From Eledone cirrhosa (lineage: Eukaryota): a stretch of 64,000 nucleotides of DNA. Of this stretch, positions 24,241 to 37,308 are shown one piece after another. Position numbers and translations under genes: made by a program. Numbering within the stretch: the first letter of the stretch is position 1; every line of letters begins with the position of its first letter. Where the stretch lies: positions 261,826,001-261,890,000 of the forward strand of contig OZ024740.1 of assembly GCA_964016885.1 (NCBI GenBank), in the 5' to 3' direction. The notes under the pieces are model-generated. The model did no database searches. It saw only the letters and a list, made by a program, of their open reading frames with translations, and was not told the DNA's origin.

Positions 24241-27200
24241 TAAATTTCTTTATTAGCCACAAGGGCACAAAAGAAGGGGACAAATACAAATGGGGAGTTT
24301 ACATACAGGTATATGAAAATAAAACTATTAATAAAACAACAAATAACAATTGAAATCCCCAATGGTGGGAGGCGTTACACAGGGGTTGTACACACCCCGA
24401 AAAAAATGTACAACCCTCATCTCCAGGAGCACCAATAGTGAGTACTCCTTTCCTCTCTTCCTCTTTTTCCTCAACCTACAGGCTTATATAGAGAGAAGGC
24501 CCAACCACTCGGGCCATCTTCGCCACATTCACCCACCTTTTATAAAATTTGCTGGTGTACAGACCTCTCTCTCCATCCTGATTCTTCTTCCAAAATGATA
24601 TTTGAAAAAACGAATCAGTTGCTCGCCGGAGAGAAAGGTGTCTGATCTCAGCCCTTTTAACCTCGTCCACCATATAACCTCTTTCACCATAGCCATAACA
24701 CATAAGTAAACCGTCTCTCCCTCGTTTTTGAAGGAGGGTGGCTGTTTGATCATGACAATGGACTCGGTGGTCAACTGGATTGGTCCCACCCGCGACAATA
24801 GTCTTTCTATATAGCCACACAAGGCGGTAACGCCCGGTCAGTGTACAAATGCGTGTGAGACGGTTTCCTCGTCGCGCACGCATCTCGGATAGATCTTTTT
24901 TGAAGGGTCCCTACCCGGGCGCCCGTGTCTGTAGAGCTTGTCTCGAACTGGTAGGGCTCCTCGGTAGCACTGCCAGGCCAGGGACATTTGTAAGTTGTCC
25001 ATTGATCCCGGGCGGAAGGTCCTACCGAACAGACTGGCCAGTTCGTTCTCCTCTACGCCTAAAGTTTCTCCGAGCGTGTCGTCGCACTTGCTGCGGACCA
25101 ACCCTCTATAGAATGTCGAAGTGGAGTCTCACTGATCGCCGGGTCGCCAGCGGAGTGTGAGCGCCTGAGCACATTCGATATGCCAGTCGCCCATTTTCCT
25201 TGGTATTTGCTTGACCCAGGTCGGCAGCTCGGTCAGCGAGACGAGTCGTGGGAGGCTCGCTTCACGAACGGGGCCCACATCAGTTGTCTGGTGAGGAATA
25301 CGTGGAGGTGCCGCAGCCTGAGCGCGTGTTTGCGCATTGTCAGCCACGGCATCCCCAGCCATCCGTTAGAAGGGTGTTGGCAGCAGATGGATTTTCTCAC
25401 TAAAGGAACCCGTTTCTTCCAAAGGAATTGGAAGAGCGCGCGCTCCATTTTGGTGAGCGTTTTGGCTGGACAAGGCACAACGGTCAAGCGGTAGTAGATG
25501 ACGGACGCTATAAAAGTGTTCGCCACCTCCGCTCGACCTTTCAAGGATAGTTTGCACTCGGCCCACTTCTGGGTGAGCGCAAACACCTTGGCCGTCACCT
25601 CGTTCCAGTTCTTCTCCACCTGGAGGTCAGGACCAAACCAGACCCCGAGCAGCTTTACCTGTCCTTCCGTCCAGCGTCCGACAACGTCATCGGAAGGCAT
25701 CGGTTTGCCTCTCCACGTTCCGAGTTGCAAACCCACGGATTTGTCCCGGTTCAGTTTCGCTCCTGTGAACCTTTCGTATTCCTCCAGTAAGGTGCCAATC
25801 TCCCCGATTGGCGAGGCGCTCGACACCAATACTGTCACGTCGTCGGCGTAGGCCGACGCCGCTTTTCGCAGTCCCGGTTCCAAAGGGATGCCCTGCAATA
25901 GCTCCAACTTCCGCAGTAGTGACTCGAGAGTCAGTACGTACAGAAGGGAGGAGAGAGGGCATCCCTGTCGGATGGATCGCGTGATATGGAACGGCTCCGA
26001 GAGGTAGCCGTTCACCTTGACACTTGAGCAGTTGTTGCTGTTATGCATTGCAGCAATCCAGCCCCTGAACACGGGACCGAAGTCTCGAGCACCGCATCCA
26101 GGTAACGATGGTCAACCCTATCGAAAGCCTTAGAATGATCCAAGTTGATCAGGGCCCCACCGAAGCCGGGTTTACACCCTACCCTCTCTCTGGATGTTGT
26201 CGTGTATGGACCTGGTCGGGATTGCGCATGTCTGCGCTTGTCCCACCAGGATTTCGACGACAAGCGCCAGCCTCTTTGCCAACACCTTGGCCAAAATCTG
26301 TAACTCTGTGTTGAGCAGAGTTATGGGGCGGAAGTTGCATATGTCATCCCCCTTGTTCTCGTCCTTCCTGACTAACGTGATTATACCCTTTGTCACAGAA
26401 CTGGGAATTCTCCTGTTCTGCTATCAGTTGCAGTAGACCGCTTCCAGGAGACTGGAGAACAAGTCCGGCATTGCTACGTAAAATTCGTAGTGTAGACCGT
26501 CGAGACCTGGTGATTTGCGTTTGCCGCATTGGCTCAGTGCGTCCCCTATCTCAGCAGCCGAAATCGGCCTTTCGCAGAACTTCGCCTCGTTGTCCGAGAG
26601 TCGCGGTAGGCCGTAGAGATACGGACCGAATTCCATAGCCCCTCCTGGCGCGCTGCCCTGCCCGAATAGTTGAGCAAAGTGCCACTGAAAGGCCGCGCAC
26701 ATTTGCTTCGGCTCACGTATCACGCGTCCGTCTTGGCCTTCAAAGACCGAATCGTGGACTTGTTGCCACTTTTCGCCTCCGTCACTCGGGCCCAGCTAAC
26801 AGCTTTGGCTCCCTCGTTTCCCAGAGCACGTATTTCGCTTCTGACAACGCAACCTTCATGCTTTGCGTCGAAGAACTGGCCCAAGGCCGTTCTCGTCGCT
26901 AGCACGCTGGCTACGTTGCCACTCTTAAGTGCCTCTTCTACTTTATCTACCAGTTCCATTTCGGTCTTATTTATATCTAACACTAATTCTTTACTAAAAC
27001 CTATCGAGTCTAATCTAACTGCCCTCTTGAGAGAGTACCACCATCTGTTGTTGACAATGGCCCCCGTCAAGTGCTGCTTAACTAAAGTGCTAATCCGCTT
27101 TGCATGTCGGTAACGACAAGTTCAGCCTCCAGTAGCTGGGTCCATGTCTATGGGTTTTGTCAAGGCTGACTAGGCAGGTCACTAATTTGTGATCTGAATA

Positions 27201-29462
27201 GGCAACCATGAACATTTGTGGACAGCTTAACATGTCCCTATCCTTCTTTCTAACTAGAACCCTATCTAGGTACGATCTAGATGTTCCGCTGCGATTAGTC
27301 CACGTCCACAGTGGCACAGTCGGAAAATCTAGTCGATATTTATCGGCCAGGTCAAATCGGCCGATTAACTATTTGAGGCTGTTACACCCCCCCCCACCTC
27401 TATCCGGACATGCTCCCACATAGTCCCAACGTGCATCTAGGATTCCATTCCAGTCTCCCACTAACAGCAGGGAGCGGGGCGTTCCCAGAAAAGTCTCTAG
27501 ACGTGGTGTCTCGGATGGGGCATATGAGGCCACCAGCCTGAAGGCTCCACCTTCACTACCTTCAACGTCTAGGACCACCAGTCGACCCTCCGGGTCCAAA
27601 TGTACCGTCTGTGTTACGAGGTCCAGGTGTTTCCGCAGCAAAACGGCAACCCAACCCCCACCTCCCGGCTGACAGAGAGATGCGTAGATCTCAAAGTCGT
27701 CGAAGATCGCAAATGGCTACTACATCCATGCTGTGCGACCTGAGGTCGTTTAAGAGTTTGCCCTGTATCCAGGGCATCCCCAGGCCGCGTACATTCACAC
27801 ATCCCACTCTTATATTGGCCATGTTGGTGCTGAAAAGTTAACAGAAGAGGAAAAGAAATCACTCACCTCTTCGTCTCCTGGGGGACCAGGCTGCACAATT
27901 TCCATGGAAGTGTTGGAGGGGTTGTTTGGTGGGGTGGTGTTCTCTAGAGGGGTGGGGACAGAGATGTTTGGTGGGGAGGGGGCTCTCTGGTGGGATTGGG
28001 GTGGGGGTAGGGAAACATTTTAATAGGACTCGATTGTAGGGTTTGACGCAGGGGTTACCTACGTCGTTAGGAAATTTTTCTTTTAACTGTTTATGTGTGT
28101 CCATGGAGATCCTAATCATTTAAAGATTAGGATTCTCCGAAGAGTGTGTAAAAGTTTTCCCTTCGGTCTCCACCGAAGGGTTTTTATATATGTTGTCTGT
28201 TAAAGTTTTATTGTTAGTATTTATGTAGGTGTAACATTTTTGTTGTGTTGGGTTGCTTTTTGTCTGTGGTTCTTGTGTTTGTTTACGTTTTGTAGTAGGT
28301 GTTTTGTTTTCAGGAGGGGGTGTTTTTGTTTGTGCTGTTTGCGTCGCTTGTGTTGGTGTTTGTGTGTTTGTTGCATTTTTGTTTGTGTTATGTCTTTTCT
28401 TTTTTCTTTTTACTGGTCGGAAAGGCTCTCCCTCATCGTCACTGGGTGACGATGATGAGGCCTCATCCCTGTTGTTGGGGAGGGGTACGTTTTGGGGAGC
28501 TGTTATGTGTGTGGGTGTTTCTGGAGTTGTTTTAGGTGGGGAGGGGTTGGGTGGGACTGTGTTTGTCGTTTGTTTTGTTGTCACTATTTTTTTATGTTGT
28601 TGTTGTTGTGGTGGTGGTGGTGGTGATTTTTGTGCTGGTTTTGCAGGTGTTGGCAGTAGTGCCTTTTTTTGGCTAGTTAGCCGAGGACAGGAAGCTCACA
28701 GGTGACCCCTGCTTGAGCAGTGGTAACATGAGGGCCGCCTACCCTCGACCGAAATGTTTATGTCTATAAGCCCATCCAGCAACACACCTTCCGGGATCCT
28801 AGCTATTCGTTCTGGTATCATTTGGACCACAACTTCCAGGCTAGTTTCGCTGAACAGGTCGTCGGATGACTTACCTACCGATATTATATAGTGTTTCGTG
28901 GTTTAAAAATCCACATAGTACCCACCAAATGTCAATATTTGGTGTGATACTTTGGATTTTTATTTTCTGTGTCCTTTTCCCCATGTAAGTGGAGTAAAGG
29001 TGAACAGCGGTGACAGAATTGGCGACACAGAATATTTCTGTGCCGTCAATTGGTCTTTCATTAGAATGGATAAACTCCCGTAGAGTCTACCCTTCTGAAT
29101 AAAAGCAATGGCTTTTAAGGCATTTTTTAAAGCCAACTCAATTTCGCCTTGTGAAAGTTGAGTTGGTTTTCGTGTTTTATTTGAGATTGTCCTGAAAATC
29201 ACAGTTTTCAAGGCAGCTTCTCTTCGCAAATCTGGGGGAGAGTTTATGGAGAATGATCCATTCTCCCCAAAAGTTAAATATTGTCTGGCGTTATTCAAAA
29301 GCTCATTTGCCTTTGAAATATCTACCGGAGTGTAGCTTACCGTTTTCTTTACGGTTTGCGCAAATGATATTTTGTCGTTTACTTCCTTGTTGCAGTTATT
29401 GGTATTGTTGTTGTTATTATTGTTCTTATTGTTGATGTTGTTTTCGTTTTTTCCGTTGTTGG

Positions 29463-29502
<40 letters not shown>

Positions 29503-30118
29503 GGTTGTGGTTTTGTTGTCGTTGTTGTTCTTCTTATTCTAGTTGTCACTGTTGTTGTTGATGGCGTTGTTTTGGTTTGTGCCATTCACAGTATTCGTGT
29601 TGGTGGTGCTGGTGTTGTCACGGTGTGTTTTAAACTTACCGAAGTGTTTCAATGAGGCGATACGAGCTGCCTGTTGGCTTGACAGTTTTACCGTCCCTTC
29701 ACCACCTCTGTCTAATTGTTGGCTGACAGATTTGATGTTGTTGTTGTTTTTGTTGCTGTTGTTGTTACTGTTGTTGTTGTTGGTGATAGCAGCAGGCAGA
29801 CAGCCTTCACCTGCTACTAGTGCTGTAGAAGGTGATATTAACAGGCCATCTCCACAATTCTCTGATGTGTTTTTTGTGAAGATGGGGTCAAAGAATTTGG
29901 CCATTTTGGCTATATTCAAAATTCCGGTAGAAATTTGGTGGAATTTCTCCGTTTTTCGCCCTGATGGGGTTATTATTTGGGGTTCCTACCACCTACAAAG
30001 TGTAGGGTGGCAGCTTATCTACAAAATGGTGTAAGAATGTAGATTCAGTTAATGCAATTTCCAATGAAATTAAAACATTTACTCACCAGCGAGTTTTCCA
30101 CGTGTTAGACAGAATCCG
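24241..30118 (-). mobile_element. Near full-length Tx1/L1-clade LINE (ORF1 + ORF2), degenerate
   Basis: ORF1 about 29904-27859 with a CYHC..RGH...C zinc knuckle near 28700-28730. ORF2 starts at 27822 (MANIRVGCVNVRGL; APE GDWN, SYLDRVL, SDH; RT YADD) and ends at 24476. GATA-type repeats at both ends. Confidence 0.92.
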
Positions 30119-30326
30119 AGATAGAGATGGATGGATGTATATATATAAGTTGGTAAATAGATATATAGGTAGGTGGGCAGATAGATAGATGGATAGATAC
30201 ATAGGTAGATGGATAGATAGATGTATAGACACATAGATCGATACATGTACGTACACATGCACACCTACATATATACATAAATGCATACATACATTCTTAT
30301 ACACATACGTTCATTCGTATATATAT

Positions 30327-30358
<32 letters not shown>

Positions 30359-30438
30359 TTATACGCATGTATTTGCATATATATATATATATATATATAT
30401 ATGTATTATATATATATATATGTATATATATATATACA

Positions 30439-30497
<59 letters not shown>

Positions 30498-30505
30498 CAT
30501 ATATA

Positions 30506-31095
<590 letters not shown>

Positions 31096-31136
31096 CAAAA
31101 TATTAATAAATGAAAAATATTCTCATAACCAAAATA

Positions 31137-31202
31137 TATATTTTATTATACATATTTCAAAGGTACAATGGTGTTTCAGTACGTTTTCATCAGATAAAAT
31201 AT
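31137..31202 (-). ncRNA. Minimal hammerhead ribozyme in a solo pLTR fragment (about 31091-31630)
   Basis: AUAUUUUAU-CUGAUGA-AAAcGUAC...GUACcUUU-GAAA-UAUGUA-UA-AUAAAAUAU. Confidence 0.75.
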
Positions 31203-31639
31203 ATAAGAGATTGGATATGCGACATACACTAAGGTTTTGATTATTCAATTCCTGTAGTGGTGGCGATTTATTTCACCAGCCCTCAACATTTTTATATCAC
31301 AAATAATATGACAAAATTAGAGAAGAAGAGGATGTAAAGCAAGGTAGAAATATAGAAGGGGAGTTGAAAGGGAAGATGTGAAGAAAAAAGAAGGGAAATA
31401 AATTAAAGAAAAGGGAAGATGCAGAGAGAAAAGAAGGGAAATAAAGGGAAGAAGAAAAGGGAAGATGCGGAGAGAAAAGAAGGGAAATAAAGAAAACGAA
31501 GAAAAGGAAAAGGAAAGGATAAAATAAAGAGGAGAATAAAAAAACCCGTTGTATTCAAATGCTAGACAAAATTAAAAATTAAAAATTATATCTAGATTAT
31601 TAGGCATAGATTAATTTCTATAGCAATCAAATATATATG

Positions 31640-31678
<39 letters not shown>

Positions 31679-31680
31679 AC

Positions 31681-32665
31681 GTAGTATAAGTTTGGTAGAA
31701 ATAGCCAAGAGTAAGAGCACTCAGTCCATAGGAAGAGTTCAGTATAAGAGTGACATATACAGGTACTTAAGTTTTGTAGGGTTATATACCCCAATTCATT
31801 CAGTCTGTTATATAAAATAAAATGGCTGCCTCCACAAGTTGATTTGAGGTTTTTTAAAATACAGGTAATTCGAATTTAGCTATAAATAAACATATCTTTT
31901 AGATAATCTAAAGGGAGTTATCAAAAGAAACTATAGGGTGGGTAGGGGGAGATTTGTGCAAAGTTAGTAATTAATGGAAAAGGGTGTGCCATTATTTTTG
32001 AGGTTACACACAGAGGTTCCGATCTCGTGGCATGTTTTTGTCAGGATGTCTAACAGTTATTTCATGGTTCAGATACCAACTTTCAGATACCAGTTTGGTG
32101 GTTCTGGTTGGCAGAGTTCACGCGGATGTCATTTCTGCTTAATATATCACAGTTGCAGTGTCTGGCCGTCTGTACACCATTTTCCATTAAATGGAGTATA
32201 TTAGAAAAATCCACTCCCTATGTTGATAGAGCGAAATTTTGATGGTTTTGTAACTCGGAAAAGTGTAATATACTCTCGCAACTGGCTCCAGAGAAACACT
32301 GCTTAAATACCAGCCTCGGTAGCTTTAGTCACTGTTCACACTAAGCAAAATTCCTTCTGAGAAAATAGTATAGACCAGACTAACTGATTTTAATTTCAAG
32401 GAATTTAATTTCCTTTAATTACTAAATTTGCACGCATGTTTAGTCTCTTTTGATAGTTACCTCCCTTTCTGAAAGATTTATTTATTTATAGCTAAATTCT
32501 AGATTAACTGCCCTTCGAGAACTCTCGTGTATTTTGTAAAAACCTCAAATCAACCTGTGGGTGAAGAAATTTTTATTCTATAATTTTATATAACAGGCTG
32601 AATGAGTTGGGGTGTGTAACCCAACGAAACCTAAGTACCTGCATATGTCACTGTTGCAACTAATT
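31681..32665. mobile_element. Diverged inverted pLTR pair with spacer, between microsatellites
   Basis: 31749-31981 pairs with 32409-32652; both arms carry a hammerhead-like motif. Confidence 0.75.
32594..32641 (+). ncRNA. Hammerhead-like motif with 8-nt core CUGAAUGA
   Basis: CAGG-CUGAAUGA-GUUGGG...CCCAAC-GAAA-CCUAAG-UA-CCUG. The inverted copy at 31760-31807 has the same core and a CUUAAG stem III. Confidence 0.65.
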
Positions 32666-32672
32666 ATGTATG

Positions 32673-32727
<55 letters not shown>

Positions 32728-32983
32728 AAATATAGATTCAGCGAGAATCGCATTTCGGCGGGTAGAAAAGGCGAAACGAAACGCAAAAATCAGATATGAT
32801 ACTGGCAAGCGCTCGTTAGTTGAAAAACTAGAGCTAAACAATATGTTAAGAGGCCATACAAAACTGAAATAGTGGTCAAGAAAGCACCAACCACCTAAGC
32901 CAAAAAGCAAATCAGAACAAAATAAAATAAATGATAAAGAAACACATGATAAAGAAAACATATATATATACATACATATGCAA

Positions 32984-33022
<39 letters not shown>

Positions 33023-33145
33023 GGAGGTGAGTTTTATTGTAGTACAATAAAGCAATGCAGATATCGGATAAGAAGCACTCTACAGTTTGTGGGACTGGAG
33101 TATGCATAATATAAGATCAAAAGATGGTTAAAGGAGTTCCATATA

Positions 33146-33212
33146 TTTTATTATGCGCATTTCAAAAACAAACATCATCAAACAATAATATTTGTGTTTT
33201 CATCAGATAAAA
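33146..33212 (-). ncRNA. Minimal type I hammerhead ribozyme in the PLE pLTR
   Basis: UUUUAU-CUGAUGA-long stem II-GAAA-UGCGCA-UA-AUAAAA; predicted cleavage between 33152 and 33151. Confidence 0.82.
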
Positions 33213-34419
33213 CAGGAGAACATGATATGAAGGCTAAAAAAACACTTGTTGATAGTGCAGTTTTAAATCAACATATGAAAAGTGGTTTTAGATTGATGTG
33301 TGATATTGGGAAAAATATTTTATTTAGAGAGGGGGGGGGGGGAGAAAAGGATGAAAAGGGAAGGAGATGAGAGGGAGAGATGGGTGATAGAGAGAAAGAG
33401 ATAGTTTTTATAACTGAGAGGAGATATATTTTATATAGAGGGGTTGAAAACCGTTGGAAGATACTGTATAAATTAAAAATTTTGAAAATTAACGAAGGGA
33501 GGATATGTGCGAGGAAAAAATATTTTATTTAGGGAGGGGGGGGGGTTGGAAAGGATGAAAAAAAGGGGAGGAGATGAGAGTGAAGGTGGAAAGGGAGAGA
33601 TGGGTGATAGAGAGAAAGAGATAGTTTTTATAACTGAGAAAAAGATATAATGTTTTAATATAGAGAGGTTGGGAACCGTTGGAAGATAATGTATAAATTA
33701 AAGGAATTTGAAAATTAACGAAGGGAAATTATGTATGAAGATAGAGAGAAAAAAATAATAATTGTGGGTGAATATTCTAACGTCAAAAGAAGAAATGTAT
33801 GAATTTCAAAATTAGCAAAGAGAAAAAGTTTATGTGTAGAAGGATTTGAGAAAAATAATGTGAAGTTAAAGTTTGTATATTGAATTCATATGTATTAATA
33901 ATGAGTTCGTTGATGGGGAGAAAAAAATAATAATAAATTAAGGATGAAATTGAGATTAAAAAGATTTATGATAGAGAGAAAAAATAATAATGATTGCGGA
34001 TGAATACTCAAAATGTCAAAACCAATGTTATTGTTTTACGAGAAGATAGAATGAGGGTAATGAGTAAACGAGTATTATAGAGTGTATAATGCCCTTTAAG
34101 GTAAGATAGATGGGTATATTTTAAAGAATATATGAGTATATATTAAAAAAAAAAAAAAAAATATAATAATAAATTAAGGATGAAATTGAGATTAAAAAGA
34201 TTTATGATAGAGAGAAAAAATAATAATGATTGCGGATGAATATTCAAAATGTCAAAAACAAATGTTATTGTTTTACGAGAAGATAGAATGAGGGTAATGA
34301 GTAAACGAGTATTATAGAGTGTATAATGCCCTTTAAAGTAAGGTAGATGGGTATATTTTAAAGAGGTGTATGTATATGTGCCTTTGAGAAAAGATTCTAA
34401 ATTGATAAAGAATTGAATA

Positions 34420-36798
34420 TTAACTGTATACTTTGTGAAAAGTTCTATGGAATTTATGCAGGCAGATAGAAAACAAATCTGAGCGTCTATTTATTATGGA
34501 TTCTAGGTTAGAGATAATGGTAAATTTTTCATTTAGGCAGAGATTACAGATTTTAGATAGAGAGCTGTTCAAGTATGAGGATGCAGAAGAAATCTTTTTC
34601 CAAAAGATGTTATATTTAATGTTTTTGTCTTTTAAGGACCATATGAGTTCTGAGAGAGCAGTGTTAGTTCTTTTAAGTTTGTATTTGAAAGATGAATGAT
34701 GATTATAGAGACGAGCTTTAAAAGAGGTGGAAGTGGAGCCAAAATAGGTGAAGGAATTGGTGCTAGTTATAATTTTACATTCATATATTAAGTTTTTATC
34801 GAGGCAATGGTTGTTGAGAGGACATTTATTTTTAATGCGGCAGTTGCAATTAGAGAGATTATTAATGAGTGATCTAGTGTTATCTATAGAAGGAATTGGA
34901 TTGGAGAAGTTGTTTGCGATAGGAATAATAGGAATAATAGTTTCTTGATTTAGAGTTGGATTATGAACATTTAGCGAAGTTGTGTTTGACGTTGCATTTG
35001 GGTTTACAGAAGTTAGCCTAGGGTTTACAATGACGTCAGGAGTACTATTACTGTTATTATGAAATTCAATATTGGAAGGAAGAGATTTAGTATCTAATAT
35101 TTTGTTGTTGTGTTTAGAGATGATGTTGGAAATATTGGAGGATGTAGAATACGAAAATTTGATGGTGTGTTTGTTAAATATTTTACTATAGATATGAGAG
35201 GGAGGGAAGCATTTATTTAAGGCACTAAAAAATAATTTAGGAATATTGTTATTAATAGAGATGGAGAAAGGAGCATTATACCAGATTATGTTTTTGTATC
35301 TAGGTCTTTTATTAAAATTATTGGAATGGTTATGATTAAATATTCTACTGTAAGTTTTCCTAGAATTTGTTTCTTTATTATATTTGATTTTATCTGGATA
35401 GCCGGCTTTAGAAAGTGCGTTATTATAGTAATTGGCGTTAGCATCAAAGATGTTTTTATTAGAAGATATGTTAGATATTCTATTTCCAATATTATTAACT
35501 ATAGCATTCTTGATATTGGTAGGATGGTTAGATTTAAAGTTAACATAATTAAGATTCTCATTGTTTTTATGGTAAGGGTAATATAGGCCAGTGTCAAGAT
35601 TAAGAGATACATCCAAGAAATTAGCTAGTTTGATACTATTATCAAATTCAATTTTTAGGTTATGTTGGTTAAAGAGATTACGTATATTGTTCTTAATAAT
35701 ATTAAGTTTAACTATATTGAAATTTAGGATAGTAAAGAGTCCATCGTCACGATAAATATCACCGCGAAGTTGAGGAATTTTCCGACTCAAAGAGTTCAAA
35801 ATGAAGATACCAATTAAATCAGTCAATTGGGATGAATCGGATGCTCCCATTGTGATGTCGAAGTTGTTAGAGGTATCGGCTCTGGTCCAATATTCGTTGT
35901 TGAACTCTAGGATGGTTTTACGTGCGGTGAGGATGATGTGAAGTTCATCTGTGGTGATGTCAGAATATTTAAGTGCGAAAGATAGAGCATTATTGAGAAG
36001 TGAAGGCGAAATGGAGGAATAGTAGCTGGCAATATCGAATTGAATAAATTTTAGTTTGTTTTTATTATCCAATTTGTTGAACCAGCCAATCACTTCAGAA
36101 GTACCAAACCATAAATTTAGGTTTAAAGAAGAGCAATTAGAACTAACCTGTGGGATAATCCTATCCAAGATGGCTTTACTAACAACCCCCAGATCAGATT
36201 TAGAGGGGGCGATTAATCTAACAGGTAGTTCAGTGCGAAAATTGTTTTTGTGATCCTTGAGATTTATCCTCGGAGTTCTTGGGAGGAATGGTTCGGTCTT
36301 TTTTTCAATGCCAAGTTTTGACATAATCTCATAGGCTTCAAGGTTTATGCATTCTAAATTTTCATGGTTGGTTTTACGATACTTTTTCCTAAGTTCCTTT
36401 AGGATAAGGTTGTTATAATTATCCTTGGAAATACCATATAGGTTATTGGTTTTGTCAGAGTGGACTAAAACATTTTTTGAGGAATTTAGGTTAGAGATTG
36501 TGTTCTTGAGATTTACAAGGTGCTCTTGTCCTTTGTAAGGGTATCTCTTGAATTTAAGATTTTTTATAATTTTAGTTAATTCTTCCTCGAATTGTGCTAG
36601 ATTTTTGTTGGAAGGAGGATTTCGTCTAGAATTAAAAAGATGATCGAGGAAGTTGTGTTCTTTGGTATGAAAGTTCCCTTTTAGGCGCTGGTCATAGAAA
36701 TAGGCTGTCCATCTAAGTCTTCTTACGAAGGAGTCAGTTTTTTCAATAAGAAGTTTGGTGAATTCAGATTTACCAGGTATAGGAATGTCTTTAGTTGT
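34420..36798 (-). CDS. PLE polyprotein: RT + C-terminal GIY-YIG endonuclease, about 790 codons without a stop; native start missing or disrupted
   Basis: Frame is open upstream of the listed Met at 36324 (TKDIPIP...FVRRLRWTAYF...HSDKTNNLY). Motifs FDIASYYSSI, TMGASD, YRDD, FLDV, SNHP, CNCR..CPL..C, LIY...YFGST..FKAR...H, CNLCLNEK. A 10-bp duplication (AACTAAAGAC) lies near 36787-36806. Confidence 0.88.
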   Translation of the reverse strand, partial: TTKDIPIPGKSEFTKLLIEKTDSFVRRLRWTAYFYDQRLKGNFHTKEHNFLDHLFNSRRNPPSNKNLAQFEEELTKIIKNLKFKRYPYKGQEHLVNLKNTISNLNSSKNVLVHSDKTNNLYGISKDNYNNLILKELRKKYRKTNHENLECINLEAYEIMSKLGIEKKTEPFLPRTPRINLKDHKNNFRTELPVRLIAPSKSDLGVVSKAILDRIIPQVSSNCSSLNLNLWFGTSEVIGWFNKLDNKNKLKFIQFDIASYYSSISPSLLNNALSFALKYSDITTDELHIILTARKTILEFNNEYWTRADTSNNFDITMGASDSSQLTDLIGIFILNSLSRKIPQLRGDIYRDDGLFTILNFNIVKLNIIKNNIRNLFNQHNLKIEFDNSIKLANFLDVSLNLDTGLYYPYHKNNENLNYVNFKSNHPTNIKNAIVNNIGNRISNISSNKNIFDANANYYNNALSKAGYPDKIKYNKETNSRKTYSRIFNHNHSNNFNKRPRYKNIIWYNAPFSISINNNIPKLFFSALNKCFPPSHIYSKIFNKHTIKFSYSTSSNISNIISKHNNKILDTKSLPSNIEFHNNSNSTPDVIVNPRLTSVNPNATSNTTSLNVHNPTLNQETIIPIIPIANNFSNPIPSIDNTRSLINNLSNCNCRIKNKCPLNNHCLDKNLIYECKIITSTNSFTYFGSTSTSFKARLYNHHSSFKYKLKRTNTALSELIWSLKDKNIKYNIFWKKISSASSYLNSSLSKICNLCLNEKFTIISNLESIINRRSDLFSICLHKFHRTFHKVYS

Positions 36799-36853
36799 CT
36801 TTAGTTGAATATAAAATATATGGAACTCCTTTAACCATCTTTTGATCTTATAT

Positions 36854-36892
<39 letters not shown>

Positions 36893-36930
36893 TTGAACGT
36901 AAACTCTACATGTTATGCCTATATATATAT

Positions 36931-37007
<77 letters not shown>

Positions 37008-37308
37008 AGAAATTGAGTGAGAGAATGAGACAGGCAGAAAGTCACGGAGGCTGAGCGAAAATGAATGATAGATCTGTGAATATACAGATACATGTACAGA
37101 TATCAATAAATAGTTGGTAACTAAAATTGATACCTCCACCACAAAAAAAAAGCACAACAAAACAAAACAAATAGTGATTTAGAATCACCTCTAGAAGTTT
37201 GAAGTTGATCTTTCAAGGAAAACTTGCATCTTTGATAATTACTTTCTGAAATAGTTCTTTGATATTTTGCTACAATATATTCCCATATTAAACCCGTTTC
37301 TTTATGGC

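Larger units (their letters stand above)
33018..36856 (-). mobile_element. Near-intact Hydra-clade Penelope-like element between (TA)n tracts
   Basis: Long RT-GIY-YIG ORF, 1.4-kb 3' region with HHR, and a short inverted pLTR fragment at 36811-36856. Confidence 0.93.

Noticed and set aside
22574-30034. Plus-strand and alternative-frame ORFs over the Tx1 copies
   Set aside because: Shadow ORFs of GC-rich or low-complexity LINE sequence with no motifs.
30078-30090. Splice donor TG|GTGAGT in the Tx1 5' UTR (minus strand)
   Set aside because: Single short motif with no supported acceptor or transcript evidence.
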